A stretch of 64,000 bases of DNA from Klebsormidium nitens (taxonomy: Eukaryota; Plantae; Klebsormidiophyceae), in contig DF237399.1 in assembly GCA_000708835.1 (NCBI GenBank), forward strand, positions 12,177 through 76,176, in the 5' to 3' direction. This document shows positions 61,811 through 64,000 of the stretch, in pieces. The position numbers and the translations under genes were made by a program. Position 1 is the first letter of the stretch, and each line of letters begins with the position of its first letter. The notes under the pieces were generated by a model. That model saw nothing but the letters and a program-made list of their open reading frames with translations, was not told where the DNA came from and made no database searches.

Positions 61811-64000
61811 AGCAAGCAAGCAGAGTGACTCAAATCCAAAACAGAAGACTCCAGAAGACCAGGCAACCATGAAGACTTCGTCTAGTCAGCAGGATACTGT
61901 TGACTGGACAAGGTGACTGACGTAGCAGTATGCTCCGGAAGCATCTCTGCATGTCCTTAAAACCAATGCGCAAGTGCCAGACAAGCATGGAGCCATGTGC
62001 TACCTGACAGTGCACATGGTCTCAGCAAGGAGTGCAGCCAACAGAGAACACTCACCTTGGACAAAGCACGGAAGCCACTCCTTTGGGAGTCTGCCAAAAC
62101 CGTGCGGTCAAGACTCTAGATCTATCGTCGGAAGTGCATGGCGCCGCGCAAAAGTTGATTCGGAATTTTTCTGACGAAGCGCCACCTTGATTTGACAGCT
62201 AGAGTCAGACACCCTGCCATGCACCCCTGCCACTCTGACGCGCTGTCACACACCTCAGATCTTCAAATCAGCGGCTGAAACTCGACAGTCGACCTAAACG
62301 CATTGTCACCCATGGTCATACCAATTTTAAGCCGTTGATATGGATGTTCGCCCCATGTGCAGAGCGCCTACCGCCAAAACTTCAAATTCAAATTAGCTCC
62401 TCTGAACCTCCCTTCCACGGGCATCTTCCTCCTCCTCGAAACTCGACCTATCTTTTTTCGCGATTTTTTGTGGGTTTACCGAAACCGACGGCTACGATTC
62501 ACCGTCGCTGTCAAAATTGAAATCGTACGGCGCTGCGAGTGGCGGCCGGGTTTGCCCGTAGGCTGGTTGTGGGGTTGGGGCCGTGACTTCGATCCTTTGA
62601 TCGAACTTCGAACTTCAATCCTTTGATCGAACGCACCCAATGATGCAAGGAATGTCCCTCGAGTCCGGTTGCATGTCTCCAGCGCAGTCAGGCTTAACAT
62701 GCATTTCATCAGCATGCAGCTAGGCTCGTAAATTGGATCAGAGACTCGATCAATTTAAGAATAGTTTTTGTGTCTTCGCCAAGATCCGATCAATCGTTAG
62801 TGGTCAGGTTATCGATTGATAGTAAGGGATCGTGGCATGGTTCCTCTGGCCCGCTCCTCAAAATTGTTGACATTCATCTCGCACGTCCCGCCACATTGCA
62901 GCTAATGCCGGCCCGAGTTTCAATCAGATCTGCAAGGATAGTTGGTCAGGCTCGCGTCCAGGTTGGCTCGATGATTAGACTTGACGTTATACGGTGCAAA
63001 CTAGTTGCGGTCCAGCAATACGCGCGTGGATGCGCCTATTGAGCGGCGGGGCATTGATGCTAAGACAGTCCTAAGACTGAACTACCTAGAGTTCTTAAAG
63101 GGATGCCATGTGTGGTTAATAGTTGGTGCCGCCTCAAATAAGCACACATGCATGCACCAGAGGAGATAGGCACCTGCACTGAAATCCACATCATGGCCTC
63201 AATAACACAGACGAAGACTCGAACGACTCGACTGGCGGCCTTCGCATGAGTCCCACGCTGGATTGGTGTCTTGGCGCCGTCAACCAATGAGACCTGAACA
63301 TTGTCATAGGCCACTGCTAATCTTGCCGAACTAGCCTAAGCTCGTAAGAGGATTAATTTCTATCATGGTGTCTTGTGATATAGAAATTCAAGGTAAACAC
63401 TTTGATGCACAGGGGCTGACCCACGTTAATGGTCCGTTAGAACAATCAAAGGGACCTGCTTTCTCACAGATCCAAATTCTACCTACGGCGCGGCCTATCA
63501 AAGACCATAAATGCCTGCAGGTTCTACTACCTACGACGCTCATTGGCGGATTCCGAAGCTACGCTCACGCCTCCGCTTCTTCGTTCTCTGGAAAGGATGC
63601 ATATGACATACGTGTGACTTCTACGTTCGAAGCGCATGGGCCGGTGCGAATCACCAACTAAAACTTTCTACCTTCGCAAGGGAATCAGTTTTTCCTCGAA
63701 ACATGTTCTCTCCGCACTAGTTATTTCTCACTTCTTAAAGGTTAACTTCTCAGAAGCACACGGTGCTCGAGACCCCTTCCTTCGTGGTCGTGACGCATTC
63801 TGCAAAGCACAAAGTGACGATACTGTGAACGACTGGAAACCGGGACTTTCGACCCTCGATAACGATACCATGAGCGCATCGGATCCGACGCCTCCGATTG
63901 TCTCTTTTTGAGAGTGAAGATGCATTTCGCAGACAGACAGTCATTCAACATGTTTCTGAGGGGCCTTGAAAACCTTGAGAAGATCGATGTCACGATGTAT

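Larger units (their letters stand above)
56285..62572. mobile_element. 6.3-kb two-gene DNA transposon, RAG1/Transib/Chapaev(CMC)-like
   Basis: Perfect 14-bp TIRs CCACAACCAGCCTA (56285-56298; reverse complement 62559-62572), flanked by GGTTGG direct repeats (56279-56284 and 62573-62578). Encloses a DDE-type ORF and a convergent ORF. Confidence 0.85.

Noticed and set aside
63060-64000. Short ORFs at the right edge
   Set aside because: No recognisable motif or consistent exon chain. It may belong to a gene extending beyond the window, but I cannot support a call.

Overview
Intron-rich eukaryotic nuclear DNA of the green-plant lineage. The gene set and splice signals suggest an early-diverging streptophyte alga such as Klebsormidium (inference only). 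Most listed six-frame ORFs are exon fragments or shadows. Hand-splicing gives ten host genes: the 3' end of an ABCI11/NAP14-like ABC ATPase, COA5/PET191, a GOS1/GOS12 SNARE, a CDPK-related kinase, a DxD glycosyltransferase-like protein, an NFD4/nodulin-like MFS transporter, an aminoalcoholphosphotransferase, a DnaJ-type zinc-finger protein and two tandem NADPH:quinone/FMN reductases. A 290-bp TA-flanked MITE is also present. Two things stand out. (1) A 6.3-kb DNA transposon (56285-62572) has 14-bp CCAC-starting TIRs, a 6-bp TSD, a RAG1/Transib/Chapaev-like DDE transposase and a second, convergent gene of unknown function. (2) Introns of five unrelated genes carry 'exon echoes': tandem partial copies of the adjacent exon end plus its splice site. 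Several of these differ from the real exon mostly at synonymous positions, which simple neutral decay does not predict.
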